Positions 35,290 to 48,769 of a DNA stretch of 64,000 bases are shown here, one piece after another. The notes beneath the pieces are model-generated. The model had not been told where the DNA came from and did no database searches. It saw only the letters and a list, made by a program, of their open reading frames with translations. The translations under genes were made by a program, and so were the position numbers. The DNA is taken from NCBI RefSeq assembly GCF_006345805.1, contig NC_043008.1:69254001-69318000 (forward strand), given 5' to 3'. The stretch comes from Octopus sinensis. Its lineage: Eukaryota. The stretch's first letter is position 1. The number at the start of each line of letters is the position of its first letter.

Positions 35290-36939
35290 ATACTATGGAG
35301 GAGATGACCGATGAATCTACCTCTACGACTTTTCATAGGAATAGTGGGCGGAAAAGATGGATGGATAGTCAGATGGATATCAAGAATATACATTATAACG
35401 TTTCGGAGAAACTGCTCATTTTTGAGGCTGCCAGGAACATCAATTAGTGAATACCTCGAGAAAAAGTTTGAAAGATGTGTGTTGATTTAAGTGGATACAT
35501 CAACATGTCGGAATTGTATCAATCGACAAAATGAGAACAACAGGGAAAGTAAGCAGCAACAACAACAACATAAAAGTCATAAGCACACAGAAAAACAAAT
35601 TACAAACAAGAAAAATAAACGAAATATAACAAAAAACACACAATACCGAAAATCAATCTTATCTTTCCTTTCAATATGCGCAGATATGTTTGATATACCT
35701 GTAGGAAGACATCGTTGAAATTATATCAAAGCATGACACATTTTGTCATAAGAATCAACTGACAAAATTATTCTGCTAACTGTTAAAAATATGTAAAAAA
35801 AAAAACCCTTAAAAACAACAACAATAACAACAAAAGCAACAAAAAACCCAGGAACAAAACATGAAATGAACAAACGAAGAGAAAAATCAGAAAATAACTG
35901 AAGTTCTTGTGGTTTGGAATAACAAACTCCCTTGTAAAATTGCATTGGCATTCGGTGCCTTGTGTATGTATGTGTGTGTGTCTGTTTGTGTGTGTATGCA
36001 TGTGTATGTATGTATGTATATATATATATATATATATACATTTACATAGACATACGCACATCCACTCATACACACACACACAGACAGATATGTGTATAAA
36101 ACAAACAGATGAAAATACTTTGTTCTTAGAAGCGATTTCACAATATGCAAAGCAGAAAACCCCACACATTATATGCGTGTGCATATGTATGTACGTAGGG
36201 AGATATGTATGCATGCATTTGTGTATGTGGTAATGTCGCTACTCATACATGTATACGTAAGTACGTACGTAAAGATATACATACATCCATACATAAATAT
36301 TCCACGCATAAATTCACACACATATACATACACATACACACCCATATATATACATACATATGTGTGTGTGTGTGTGTATTTGTGTATACATTTATAGACA
36401 TATATGAATTATTTCCACACGAAACTATCGACCACCAAGTAGTTCATGAAGTGATTCTAACTTTAAAAAAATTGTGTGTACATATACATATATATATATA
36501 TACATTATATATGTATATATATATACATATATATATGCACATGCATACTTTCATATTATCCATACATACATACATACATTATATATATATATATATTATA
36601 TATATATCTATATATATATTATATATTCACACATCTGTATATGTATTGAAATATAAGATAAATCAGCTGAAATCAAATGTAACAAATACAGAAAAGTAAA
36701 TAATAGTAAAAATATAAAAAACAACACTCAACACACACACACCAACCAAAAGAAAAAAATAATAATAACTAAAAAAAACCCGATAGATACAAAAATAAAA
36801 AACATAGAGTAGAAAAATCAATTGCTATCAAAGTGATGCCAAGACTATGATGCTTAAAACTGACGAATATCAAACTTGCCATCAATCCATCATTCACTTG
36901 TATTTCCAACACGAATAATAAAATAAAAAAATAAACACT

Positions 36940-36945
36940 AGTAAC

Positions 36946-37030
<85 letters not shown>

Positions 37031-37135
37031 CAACAACAACAACAGTAGTAATAATAATAATAATGATGATGGTGATGATGATAATGATAATAATACAAGT
37101 TAAAATAGTATTATTATTGATATTATTATTATTGA

Positions 37136-37187
<52 letters not shown>

Positions 37188-37215
37188 GTTATTATTGTTA
37201 TTATTATTATTATTA
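36940..37215. repeat. (AAT)n followed by (ATT)n, head-to-head microsatellite tracts
   Basis: Direct inspection. Confidence 0.9.
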
Positions 37216-37384
37216 TACAGCACATACAAGGCTAAAATGCTTTACTTAAGCATTACGTCTGGTTTCTGCTTTCAACTAAACATTCTCTTCCTACGTTCTG
37301 TATGCACACACTCATACACGCCACCTACGGATCTATGAATATTCATTCATACACACACACATACATACATACATACATACAACA

Positions 37385-37442
<58 letters not shown>

Positions 37443-38025
37443 AATATATATGCACATACAAATACACACACACTCATGTGCATGGGTGTCTGTGTATCTG
37501 TATGTTTGTACACATGCGTGCATGGGCGAGAATGTGATTCTCTATAATATAAATATGAAATGGAACAAGAGTTATAGAATAGTGAAATGTGATCACATCT
37601 GTAAGTTTCCAAGTCAAAACAATAAACAGTTACAAATATACGTGCATACACACATACATTCATAATATATGCATACATGAATAATACATACGTACATACA
37701 TGCATGCATACACACAAATACAGCAATATAGAACAATACAAAACTAGAGAAACACGACTGAACATGATCACGCAAAAATACGCATAGAGACAGATCTGCA
37801 AGTTCAGATCTGTATTACAGAGTTGCATATATATACTTGTATGCATATATATATATATTATATAAATGCATGTATATATATATATATGTATGTATGTTTG
37901 TATGTATGTATGTATGTGTGTATGTATATATATATATATATACACACATATATGTGCATATGTATATACCCAGATATACATGTATAAATATCTATATAAA
38001 TATGTGTAAACATATATACATACAC

Positions 38026-38060
<35 letters not shown>

Positions 38061-38087
38061 TATAGGTATAATATTATATATATTGTG

Positions 38088-38139
<52 letters not shown>

Positions 38140-38388
38140 CATTTATATGTATGGATGTGTGTACCAGTACATATATCCCGACACTCCAGAAGTGGCAGCA
38201 GCAGCAGCAGCAGTAATAGTAGTTTGTAGTTGTAGTTGAAGAAGAAGAAGAAGAAGAAGAAGAAGAAGAAGAAGAAGAAGAAGAAGAAGAAGAAGAAGAA
38301 GAAGAAGAAGAAGAAGAAGAAGAAGAAGAAGAAGAAGAAGCATTTGCAGCAGCTGAAGGGGCGCTCATTATATAACGTAGAGCTAAAC

Positions 38389-39649
38389 ATTAGATTGAAT
38401 TGAAACTTCCGTTGCATGTTTTACATGATCACTTTCAGGTTTTCTTTCAAAATGAGGTAAAAATGAGCATTATTGCTTTATATTCTAATGTTTTATTCTA
38501 ATGTTTTTCTAAAATTTTCTTACTGATGAATTTATACAATAGTGCTTAAATTTGTATCAATGTTACCCTTTTAAATTCAGTTTATGTAAGAACCAATATC
38601 AGATATTGCATGCTGTATGAGTTCAAGAAGGACTTTTTAACAATAGAAGCAGCAATAAATATTCCCTTTGTCTATGGAAACGAAGTTTTAAGTGTCCGGG
38701 CTTGCTAATGATGATTTGGTCAGTTCCACTTGGGAAATGTTTCTCTCTCACATCGTCGTGGATTTAGAACACGATGATTTGTCAATATAGACCAGAAAAC
38801 GGTAGTTGAGTAAAATCGAAATCAAACTGCACAAGAATTAGCAAAACAGTTCAGTTCAAATCACACATTTATTATGAACTCTGGTGTCTGAACATAGCCA
38901 GTGGGTCCTTCGTCATCTGACTACTCTTCGTTTTAATCAAAGAGTAATACTCTGTTAATGATAGAAGAATAAACTTGCTATCGAACATTTTCTGGGTAGG
39001 ATCATTACAAGTGATTAGAAGTAGGTTCTCTATAATCATATCCAACGAAACAGACAATGGTTAGCTCCCAATAAAAAACGAGACTACACTCCCAAAACCA
39101 GGACTAGATCTGAATAAAGTTATACACTCTGATGCAGGGTGACGTTTATCATGAAGTCTTACGCGAAAACCAAACAGCTAATACGGGGAATTATTGTCGT
39201 CAGTTGGAAGGATGGCACAAAAATATGCAGAAAAATCAACCAGCATAAATTGATTGTAAAAGGTCTTACTCCTACACGATAATGCAAGACCACATATTGT
39301 CTAAGTAACTGACGAAAAGATTATGGCACTAAATATAGGATTGATTTACCTCATCCTCCTTATTCTCTTCACATCCCTCCAGCTATCCTCTTTTCAGATC
39401 ATTGCAACACTATTTAGAGGCAAAACATTTTATTAATTATGAAGAGATTAAGAATCGTTTTGAGTGTTTCTTTAATTTGAAACCTACGGGATTTTACGCC
39501 GATGAATCAACAGTTTCCTAAATAGATAGGATTATGTTATTAATAATGACAGATGGTATTACCTTGATTAAAAATATCAAGTAAAACCAAAGAAGCATTT
39601 GTTTCTTTCTCATCTTGAACTGCAGCAGGTCTTTCTTCCCAATCTAATA
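38389..39649 (+). mobile_element. Near full-length decayed mariner element (about 1.26 kb)
   Basis: Reads WVLRHLT...FLGRIITSD*K*VLYN...RQWLAP...LLHDNARPH...HPPYS...LFRSLQHYL, with remnant TIR ends ATTAGATTG (38389) and CAATCTAAT (39640-39648). Confidence 0.9.
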
Positions 39650-39800
39650 TTGAAAGAAATTGACTGTGACTTCAGCGTTACGCTAAGACTTTTTAAAGCA
39701 AAAGTTCGAAGTTACAATTTGCAATTTGTCCATCAGTTCACACAGACACACACAGACACACGCAAACACACACACGCGCGCGCGCACACACACACATATA

Positions 39801-39972
39801 GTGGCTGTATGGTAAATAGTTTGCTTACCAGCCACATGGTTCCGGGTTCAGTCCCACTGCGTGGCACCTTGGACAAGTGTTTTCTAATATAGCCTCGGGC
39901 CGACCAAAGACTTGTGAGTGGATTTGGTAGACAAAAACCGAAAGAAGCCCATCCTATATATATATGTGTACA

Positions 39973-40012
<40 letters not shown>

Positions 40013-40250
40013 GTGTGTGTGTGTGTGTGTGTGTGGTGTATGTCTGCGTCTGTGTTTGTGTGTCTGTTGTCCTCCTACCATCGCTTGGCTTGTTTGTGCC
40101 TCCGTAACTTAGCGGTTCGGCATAAGAGACCAATAGAATAAGTACTAAGCTTATAAAGAATAAGTCCTGGGGTCAATTTGTTCGACTAAAGGTGATGCTC
40201 CAGCATGGCCGCAGTCAAATGACTGAAACAAATAAAAGGATAAAAGATTA
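39801..40250 (+). mobile_element. tRNA-derived SINE, family B (near full length, internal (TA)(TG)n)
   Basis: GTGGCTGTATGGTAA...GGGTTCAGTCCCAC head and CCAGCATGGCCGCAGTCAAATGACTGAAACAAATAAAAG tail. Confidence 0.9.
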
Positions 40251-41467
40251 AAAGAATATATATCGGCTTCAGAAGGTAGCTAATATAAGCGTTGTTTAGT
40301 TGAGTGGACGATTTCTTCCATTACATTTTCAATCGTATAGGAAGAGAGCAAAAGAATGATAGATCTCATTAGAATTCATTTCAATTAAAATTCATTTCGT
40401 CATTTCTTTTATAAGCATCAAATAATTTGATAAATGTTAAATCCTGATTATTTTATGTATGATATATTTTCTGATCTTACACAGTTGCAAAAATATACTT
40501 TCAAAATTACCCATCATAATAACGAGTAACACACTAGTCGTTGTATAACCGATATAAATGTTGGTTGATTGATATCTTCAGTTACACTATCGTAGTGTGT
40601 GTGTGTGTGAGAACGAGAGAGAGATGGGGGAGAGAAGAGGAGAGAGAGAAATAGGGAGAGTAAAAGTGTGATATAGAAATAGTAACATAAGGCGTGTAAG
40701 ATGAGTGCATATACTAGGCGTGGCGGGTAGCAATGAGTGAAATATGCCTTTATAATGCACAGAGAAAGAGAAGAATCATAAGCAGAAGGGAGGAGGAGAA
40801 GGCGGAATAGGAGGAGGAGAGAATGAGTAAGAAAAGGAAGATGAAGAGGAAGAGAAGGTGGAAGAGAAAAAAGAGGAAAAATGGAGGTAGAAGAGGAAAA
40901 GGAAACGCAAACGAGAAATTTTGTTTTATTAAATGTTATCTTAATGTAATAAATATTTTCTTTTGATAATTTGTATTCATTTAATCACTTTCTATAAGCA
41001 CCAAACAATTTGATAAAAGTACATTTATTGTATGTACGCCATATTTCATTATATTGCATATGGTGGCAAAAGTATACTTTCAAAGTTTCTTTCATTCGAC
41101 GGGTAACCTTCTAGAATATTTATTGTCCATTAGTTAGTAAAAGGGCTGAACCGGAAAAGCACCAAACTAAATGGTTTACATCAATTAATTCATGCAAATT
41201 CAAGCTAGAATATGTAGCCAAATGTCATGTGCATACTACTAATCTGGCAACCATGTGCAGGCAACTGGCTAGTTGTATTCTGTGGTCATTCAGAACAAGG
41301 GGGAAAAAATGAAATTGATTCTATGGAGAACATTTGCCTTCTCAATTATCATTCCACAGAGCGTCAAAACAGCGGAGCTCAAGAACATTCAATGTCACCG
41401 CACCAAGATTTCCTCAATCCAATAGATGAGCTGGTTGGAAAGGATAAACCTATATGTGTGTGTGTAA

Positions 41468-41698
41468 GGCGGCGAGCTGGCAGAAACGTTAGCACGCCGG
41501 GCGAAATGCGTAGCCGTATTTCGTCTGCCGTTACGTTCTGAGTTCAAATTCCACCGAGGTCGACTTTGCCTTTCATCCTTTCGGGGTCGATTAAATAAGT
41601 ACCAGTTACGCACTGGGGTCGATATAATCGACTTAATCCGTTTGTCTGCCCTTGTTTGTCCCCTCTGTGTTTAGCCCCTTGTGGGTAGTAAAGAAATA
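41468..41698 (+). mobile_element. SINE family A, full length with a 16-bp target-site duplication
   Basis: TATATGTGTGTGTGTA occurs at 41451-41466 and 41699-41714. Confidence 0.95.
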
Positions 41699-41829
41699 TA
41701 TATGTGTGTGTGTACGCGTGTGTATCAAGGAAAGTAATGAAATGATAGCGCTAAGCAGTGTTTAGGCCTAAACAGAATTTAGGTTAGTTTAAATATATTT
41801 GTGACATGGTTCAACAGCTATATATTTCT

Positions 41830-43030
41830 ATTTTTTTAATTTTCTTTTATTGGTTTCAGCTATGTAGTTGTAATCATGCTGGGCTACGACTGTGGTTTTG
41901 CAGCTTTACCACAGTTTTCTTGGTTGATTTTTTTTATCAGGGTGATGAGATTTCATATTATCCCTCCTGCATGTGCTTTTATCCTAATTGGTGACTCATT
42001 TCATGTACGAAGTAGTTTGACAGTGCTGCCGTCATCTGTACTTCATGCCGGGACACTGGGTTGTCTTGTATAATAGATACGAGAATGTACAGTTCCTTTC
42101 GAAGACATCTACATCCACATTGTGTAGGCTTCTCATTTTATACTATTTTTGTGGGGATGATGGGTGCAGAGCATTGAAATTATGTAGGCCCATGAACCCT
42201 ATGTTGTTGCAGTACCTGGTTCTGACTTTGAATGAATGATGTGGCGGTTACCTTCACTAAGTTTCCTTCCAGTTCGCGCATTTATTTTCTGTATGTAGAC
42301 TATTTCATATTCATTGCTCCAAGGAATAAAATCGCAGTTTTTTCAGATTCACCCTGTAGTTTATCTGCTGTATTGCTACAATATTTTTAGTGAAGTAACG
42401 TTGGAATGCTTCAAGCTCCACTGTTAGATAGACACTATGTAGTGACCACAGTTAAGAGCAATAGTCTAGGCGACTGAAAACAATGGTCTTCCACAGAAGC
42501 AACATGATTTTTTGGGTCTGTTGCTTTGAAGTAAAGTAGTAACCATTCTACCAATTGATTACACTTTGTTGCTATATTGGTGCATATATATTGCTGTGAA
42601 TATGTATCGATGCATCATTACACATGCTAGTCACCAACTCTCTTACTGTCTGTAACTCTGAGATTGCAGTACCTTTCGGTCCAGTACATGCATGCAGTGG
42701 TGAATTGGATAGCACACTGCATGACATTTTTCACCATTAAAGTGCATGTAGTTTCCTTCAAACCACTCATATATTACATTTATGTCCCTCTGTAATCTTG
42801 CGGCATAATCAAAGTCCTTTACTACCTGTGATAATTTTTTTATCATACTCGTAGCTATTGACAGTTGGTTGAACACCACTATATAGTACCAAAGATCTAG
42901 TTCTAGTGAAAGAGCCCAATACTGTAACAGCTTAGCGTTCAAGGTCCCACACATTCTCAAATTAAATGATACAATACAGGGTAAAATATGCTCGAAGATC
43001 ATGTGATTTTTTACAGCCAAATTAACTTTC
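41830..43030 (-). mobile_element. CR1/L2-group LINE, decayed 3' portion (RT C-terminus to tail)
   Basis: Reads LQRDINVIYEWFEGNYMHFNGEKC, then KLRFYSLEQ, RTRYCNNIGFMG and VDVDVF, ending in an AATAAAAGAAAA tail. Confidence 0.8.
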
Positions 43031-43705
43031 ATAGGCCTGTTCGCTCAGGACCGAGCTCGAGTGAAAACAATAACAACAAAAATAAACAACAATTGACGGC
43101 AGCAAATGAATAATATTATTTACATATATAGATGTATGCGCTGAGTTCAAAGCCCAGCGCAATCATGGGCGGCAGAGTTAATTCGTTGCCATATTTTAAC
43201 ATCATTCAACCGTTTTGGTGCCCTCAACGTGGCCCACACTGCTGCAATAACCTGGAAGTGTCTCAGCTGTGGGAATAAATCCCATCTTCACCTTATTATT
43301 AGTTCCAGAGGTTCTTCACACAAGAGTCTAGAGTAGAGCGCTACCACAAAAAAAGAAGAAAAAAAGAAACACGATCAGGTTCGATTTTGACTTTCATCTC
43401 TCCGATATCGATAATAGAAGTACTTGTGATGAACAAGATCGATAAAAATCGATCGTACCAAACTCGCCTCTTCTACAGTGTAAGATATAAATAATTAATG
43501 AATACCTTCATAATATTTGATGTATTGTATTTTGTATTTCTCTCCAAGGAAACAGAAAATACATTTAATAAATATATTTAATAAATGAACAAGGTAAACA
43601 CATACCTTCGATATGGTGGACGTAAGCGAGTGATACACTTCAGATTGTCATGCTTTGGTGATATTAACTCAAAACATACGCTATATATGCATTGATGTGT
43701 CTCAT

Positions 43706-43736
<31 letters not shown>

Positions 43737-44065
43737 GTACGTATGTATGTATGTGTGTGTGTAAGTATGTATGTATGTATGTATGTATGTATGTATGTAT
43801 GTATGTATGTGTGTGTGCGCGTGGTTGTGAGTGTGTATATATATATACGCACACCGATACACACATACGTGTATGTATACGTGTTTGTGTCTGTGTGTGT
43901 CTATCTATGCTGTATAGGTATTGACTAAATGTGTATGTGCCTGTGTGTGATTTTGTGTGTGTATATATGTTTGTGCATAACATAATGGCTGTACTGCGTG
44001 GTCGAACAAGTCCACCTGTTGGTTAATGGTCATACGTCGTGTGTTCAATTTAGAACAGAGCCAGT

Positions 44066-44109
<44 letters not shown>

Positions 44110-44419
44110 TCTTTCTCCCTAGCAGATGTGTAAATACACAGCCAGAAGCTGTGTGTGAAAACACACACATACGCACACATACTGCACATGAACACAGGGA
44201 TTCCTCACCAACATACATTGACTGTAGTCTTAACTATAGACTGAGCCCAACAACAGATCGAATCGGTTGAGTGCCCACTGGTTGAAAATCCACTGATTCC
44301 CTGCTTGACCAGTTCTTAGGTTCCCCTGTTTCGCTGTGCCTCTAATCCTCTTGTTCACCGGCTCCTTGCTTCCCTAGTTCAACTCTTTCTTTGCGCTTTT
44401 AATATTCTTCTTTACTAAA

Positions 44420-44615
44420 GCGGCGAGCTGGCAGAAACGTTAGCATAACGGGTGAAATCCTTACCGGTATTTTGTCTGTCTTTACGTTCTTAGTTCAAAT
44501 TCCGCCGAGGTTGACTTTGACTTTCATTCTTTGCCTTTCAGTTGCGTGCTTGGGTCGATCTAATCGACTGGCCCCATCCCCCAAAATTTCGAGTCTTGTG
44601 CCTAGAATAGAAAAG
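44420..44615 (+). mobile_element. SINE family A variant with an imperfect TSD
   Basis: GCGGCGAGCTGGCAGAAACG head. Flanks are AATATTCTTCTTTACT and AATATTCTAATTTACT. Confidence 0.85.
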
Positions 44616-45749
44616 AATATTCTAATTTACTGGTCCCCTATTTCCCTGGTTCACCTGTTTTCTTGCTTTTCTATTCTTTTTGTTCACTGATCTTCTGCTC
44701 CACTAATCCCCTGGTCCACTGATCTACACTGGTTCACTGGTTCCTCTGTAGTAAATTTGTTGAGGATGTCTTCTTGAAAGAAAAGCTGAACTCAGGATAG
44801 TAAGCTGTAAGATCAGTCAATAATTTTTCCAAACTTACTACAACCTGGAACATTAATTTTTTAATACCTTAAGTTACCTATTTACAACCTAGTACATTGG
44901 GTAATTTTATTTCTGAGTGTCTTGCCTAACCAAAGATAAAGTCTAATTCTGGTGGTAAGACATTATATGACTATGTGTCCTCAAAACAAATAAACATTGA
45001 TTTTTAACATCGATGTGAGGCTGCTGGGAAAGAGTAGTAGATTGAGCTAATCTTATATGACTGGTATTTAGTTTGTTGAGGCTTGCGAGTTGATTGTTAA
45101 GAAATTGTGAGCACCACTTCACAATTTCTGCCTGGCTACCTCTTCTCTCCGATGTAGAAATATTGACTGCGTTTGTACGGTGTTTTCATATTGAATACAT
45201 GTCTAAATAGACATGTTGGATTGGACAGTTATCGACTAGATATTCACGGTATGAGTTGATATTGACTAGAGTAAATACTCTGTGTGTATGTGTGTGTGTG
45301 TGCTTGTAGATATGCATGTGATGGAAACAATATGGAGAATATGGAGATATCGAATTGATAACTAGTTTCGGTTTGTAACTGTCCAAATGAGAGAAAGATT
45401 ATGTGCTCTATGGATTACGATCAACACAATGTGTATTTATCGACTAAACATACGAGAAAGAAGACTATGAATAGGTTTTGACTTGAAAATATACAGCCTT
45501 TAAATATTGATTTGATAGATTTTGGTTCCCTTTGTGGATACACACTTCGTAGTTACAGACAACAGCCTGGAGATATTGACTTGACATAATTGGTCTGCTG
45601 AGGTAACAAAACTGTAGAGTTTGGTCGACTAGATATGCTGAATGGGAAGAAACATTCTGTGATTTTACACAGAACCAATACAGCACGAAACAGCTAGTTC
45701 TCTTAATAGTTATGATCTGTGACACGTAAAATGGATAAAAATCTGTGAC

Positions 45750-46400
45750 TCACAACTGCAGTTGGAACAACAACCGGAAGATCACATCTATATATGATTC
45801 AACATGCCTTAAATCATTGCTGCTTATCTTTCACAGCATCCAGAGTTGAAATTCTATCAGTCAATCTGGGTCGGCTCTGTGTATGATAAACTAAATATCA
45901 GTCAAATAGGGGGTAGATATGGGTGGCAGGGGTTATAATAATGTGGTGGATGAGGCAGAAAGACAGATACTTTCCTCTTCGGAAAAGTATCTGAAGATAG
46001 ATACTTTCCTCTTTGGAAAAACTCTCATTGGCTTTTCAAGTTCCACTTAGAAAACTGAATGAGAATAGAAAGAAAAGGGCTGCGCATTCCTCCGTAGTTT
46101 GGCTAAAAGGTGGGTGAATGTGGCGGGGATGGCCCGTGTGAAAGCGTCTGCTCTGAGCTTGCGCTTGTAGGCTGGAGGGAATGAAGAAAAGAGGGATGCC
46201 TGCCAGAGAGGTCCTTGATAATCAGGGTGTCCAGGATGTGTGCAGTTTCTTGGTTGTCCCAGGATGGTGCTACACCTTTTGGGGAAGATCGTATTAATAT
46301 ATTACTTTTGTTTCATTGCTTACACGTGTTTTTATGCGAACACCCGCTGTCCTTTGATTTGTATCATTCTTTATGTTTTGTATGTAGCCTTTGTTGCCAA
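45750..46400 (+). mobile_element. Tx1/L1-like LINE, decayed 3' end
   Basis: Reads IQHALNHC (zinc-finger end), LIGFFKFHLE..MRIERK and AKRWVNVAGMARV, followed by a 3' UTR with AATAAA. Confidence 0.6.
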
Positions 46401-46599
46401 TAAAGATTTATTGTTGTTTTAATTCTCAGAGCGCTCGATTTCGTTTGCTCTTGTTGATTCTCTGAGAAAGGACAACAGCCTGCTGTCAGGGGTCTCACAG
46501 GGTCTCTTTCCGCACGTTATAAACTTTGACAATTGGTTGTTAATTATTGTCGAAGACATTCAACATTTGTATGCAGACCTTGTTGCCAATTTAGAAAGA

Positions 46600-46670
<71 letters not shown>

Positions 46671-46671
<1 letters not shown>

Positions 46672-47226
46672 GAGTGAGAGAGCAGTGTATGCCAACAAAG
46701 TTACACTGGGGGTAAAATATACGAAGCCCAGTATACTCATCGTGACTACCCGTCTGATAAGGGTACACCAGGCACATGCATCACAACCATATGTGCGCGA
46801 CATGGTGATCTCATATCAAGATAAATAGCGCATGACCTTGCGGGTGGTGCCCAGTTAAAGTTTTCTTCTGGTCGAGTAGCCCATCCCACTCAAAAGGTCC
46901 CTAAATAAGGATTGTTTAAGGTTGTTGAACGAAACACCCATGTTTCCAGAGGTGAATTATTCAAACCCCAATGAATCCCTCTCAACACATGGCTATGATG
47001 CTCCCCCACTACTTCTGCTCATGATCAGAGATGCACATATCGTCAGCCACTAAGGGACATGGTCAACTGGTTATGGTCAAGCAACTGACAAGCAAATCTG
47101 TGGTATTGAGCAGAATATTTGCTGTAGCCCATCTTTTATACCAAGACAAAACAATGCACATGATAACACTTCCAATCAGTTGAGATCAGAAGCTATGAGA
47201 GCCACTGTCTGGTACTGCATCAGGGA
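46671..47226 (-). mobile_element. 555-bp non-coding repeat in (TAA)n (full copy)
   Basis: Collinear with 10791-11343. Confidence 0.9.
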
Positions 47227-47324
47227 ATTTATTATCCTCCTCCTCCTCCTCCTCCTCCTCATCATCATCATCATCATCATCATCATCGTCATCGTCATCG
47301 TCATCGTTGTTGTCGTCGTCGTCG

Positions 47325-47358
<34 letters not shown>

Positions 47359-47371
47359 TATTATTATTATA

Positions 47372-47402
<31 letters not shown>

Positions 47403-47436
47403 TACTATTATTATATTATTATTATTATTATTATTA

Positions 47437-47477
<41 letters not shown>

Positions 47478-47479
<2 letters not shown>

Positions 47480-48545
47480 TAGTCTTATTTTTATCACGTG
47501 CTTTCACTGCACTACCGAGCGCAGCTCTGTGTGCATTGGGAATGTGCTGTGGTTTGAAGAGATGCTCTTATTGAAAATGTCTTACGTAGGATGTGTGCGT
47601 GCCTACTAGTGCTATTTTCTGTATGTTATATATATTTGTTAGTCTTGGTGTTTTTGTTATGTATTTGTCTGAATATTTTTTTATCATACTTAATGCGCCT
47701 ATTATGATAGCAATTGTTTTTAGACTCCATATTCGAGTTACCTGTAAATTCCATGTGTTTGTAATTTGAAAGTTTTTCCATTTCTTTTAGAGAAACGTTG
47801 TCATCTGTTGGTATTGATACATCAATTAGAAAGCATTTTTTTCTTGCTTGATGATCTCTGGCAACTTCATCTGACCTATTGACCTTAATTTGGCTATCTG
47901 TGTGTATTGGCATATCCCATAGTATGGTTGCTTTCTCATTTTCTGTGGCCTTTCGCTGCGTGTGTCTATTCCATCTTTTTCTGTTGTTATTCCATAGCGT
48001 CGGCATAGCTTCCAGTGTATGTAGGTACCAACTCTGTTGTGTCTGTGAATATATTCCTTCTTAGCCAGGACTAGGCAACCAGAGACAATATGATTTATTG
48101 TTTCTTTTTCCTCTCCACATATTCTGCAGTTACTTGTTATGCTTCTTGTTATCTTTTTGGTAATTTCTGATGGGGAAGCTTTGGTCTTGTGCTTCAATTA
48201 AAAATCCTTCGGTCTCTGCTTTGAGTCTTGAGCTTCTCAGCGATTGTTGGGTTTTTGCTTTCTCTGTTTCTTTTGCGTTTAGTTTAACCCAGTGTTTTCC
48301 ATAAAGGAGCTTTTCTTGCCCTCGTTGCTCTTCCAGTTTTAGTTTGGATTTCAGTTGTTTTACAGCTTTTGCTGTTTTTTCTTTTTCTTCATAGTTGTTA
48401 GGGGCAATGAATTCTTGTTTATATTTGTCAGTTTCCATAAAGTCAGAAAACAGTTTTTGTTTTGTTCGTGTTTTGTGGTTATTTGTGTTAGTTTTCTTTG
48501 CTTCGGAAGTAGGTATTTTTGTAGTCCTATGGTGGTTATTTTGTA
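47478..48545 (-). mobile_element. R4/Dong-type LINE D1, 5'-truncated
   Basis: Reads LRSSRLKAETEGFLIEAQDQS, CRICGEEKETINHIVSGC (CCHC) and ILWDMPIHTD...CFLIDVSIP, with a TAA tail. Confidence 0.92.
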
Positions 48546-48667
48546 ATATTATGATAATTATTGTTGTTGTTGTTGTTCTTCTTGTTCTTCTTGTTCTTCT
48601 TCTTGTTCTTCTTCTTCTTGTTCTTCTTGTTCTTGTTCTTGTTCTTCTTCTTCTTCTTCTTCTTCTT

Positions 48668-48753
<86 letters not shown>

Positions 48754-48769
48754 TATTATTACTTTTTTT

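Noticed and set aside
34980-35447. ORFs spanning the N run
   Set aside because: Artefacts of translating through an assembly gap; the two sides may not be contiguous.
38872-39057. Minus-strand ORF suggesting an inversion inside the mariner
   Set aside because: The plus strand reads continuously through WVLRHL...ITSD*K*VLYN...RQWL, so there is no inversion.
41821-41960. Very strong plus-strand acceptor followed by a hydrophobic open frame
   Set aside because: The pyrimidine tract is the complement of the purine-rich tail of the minus-strand LINE.
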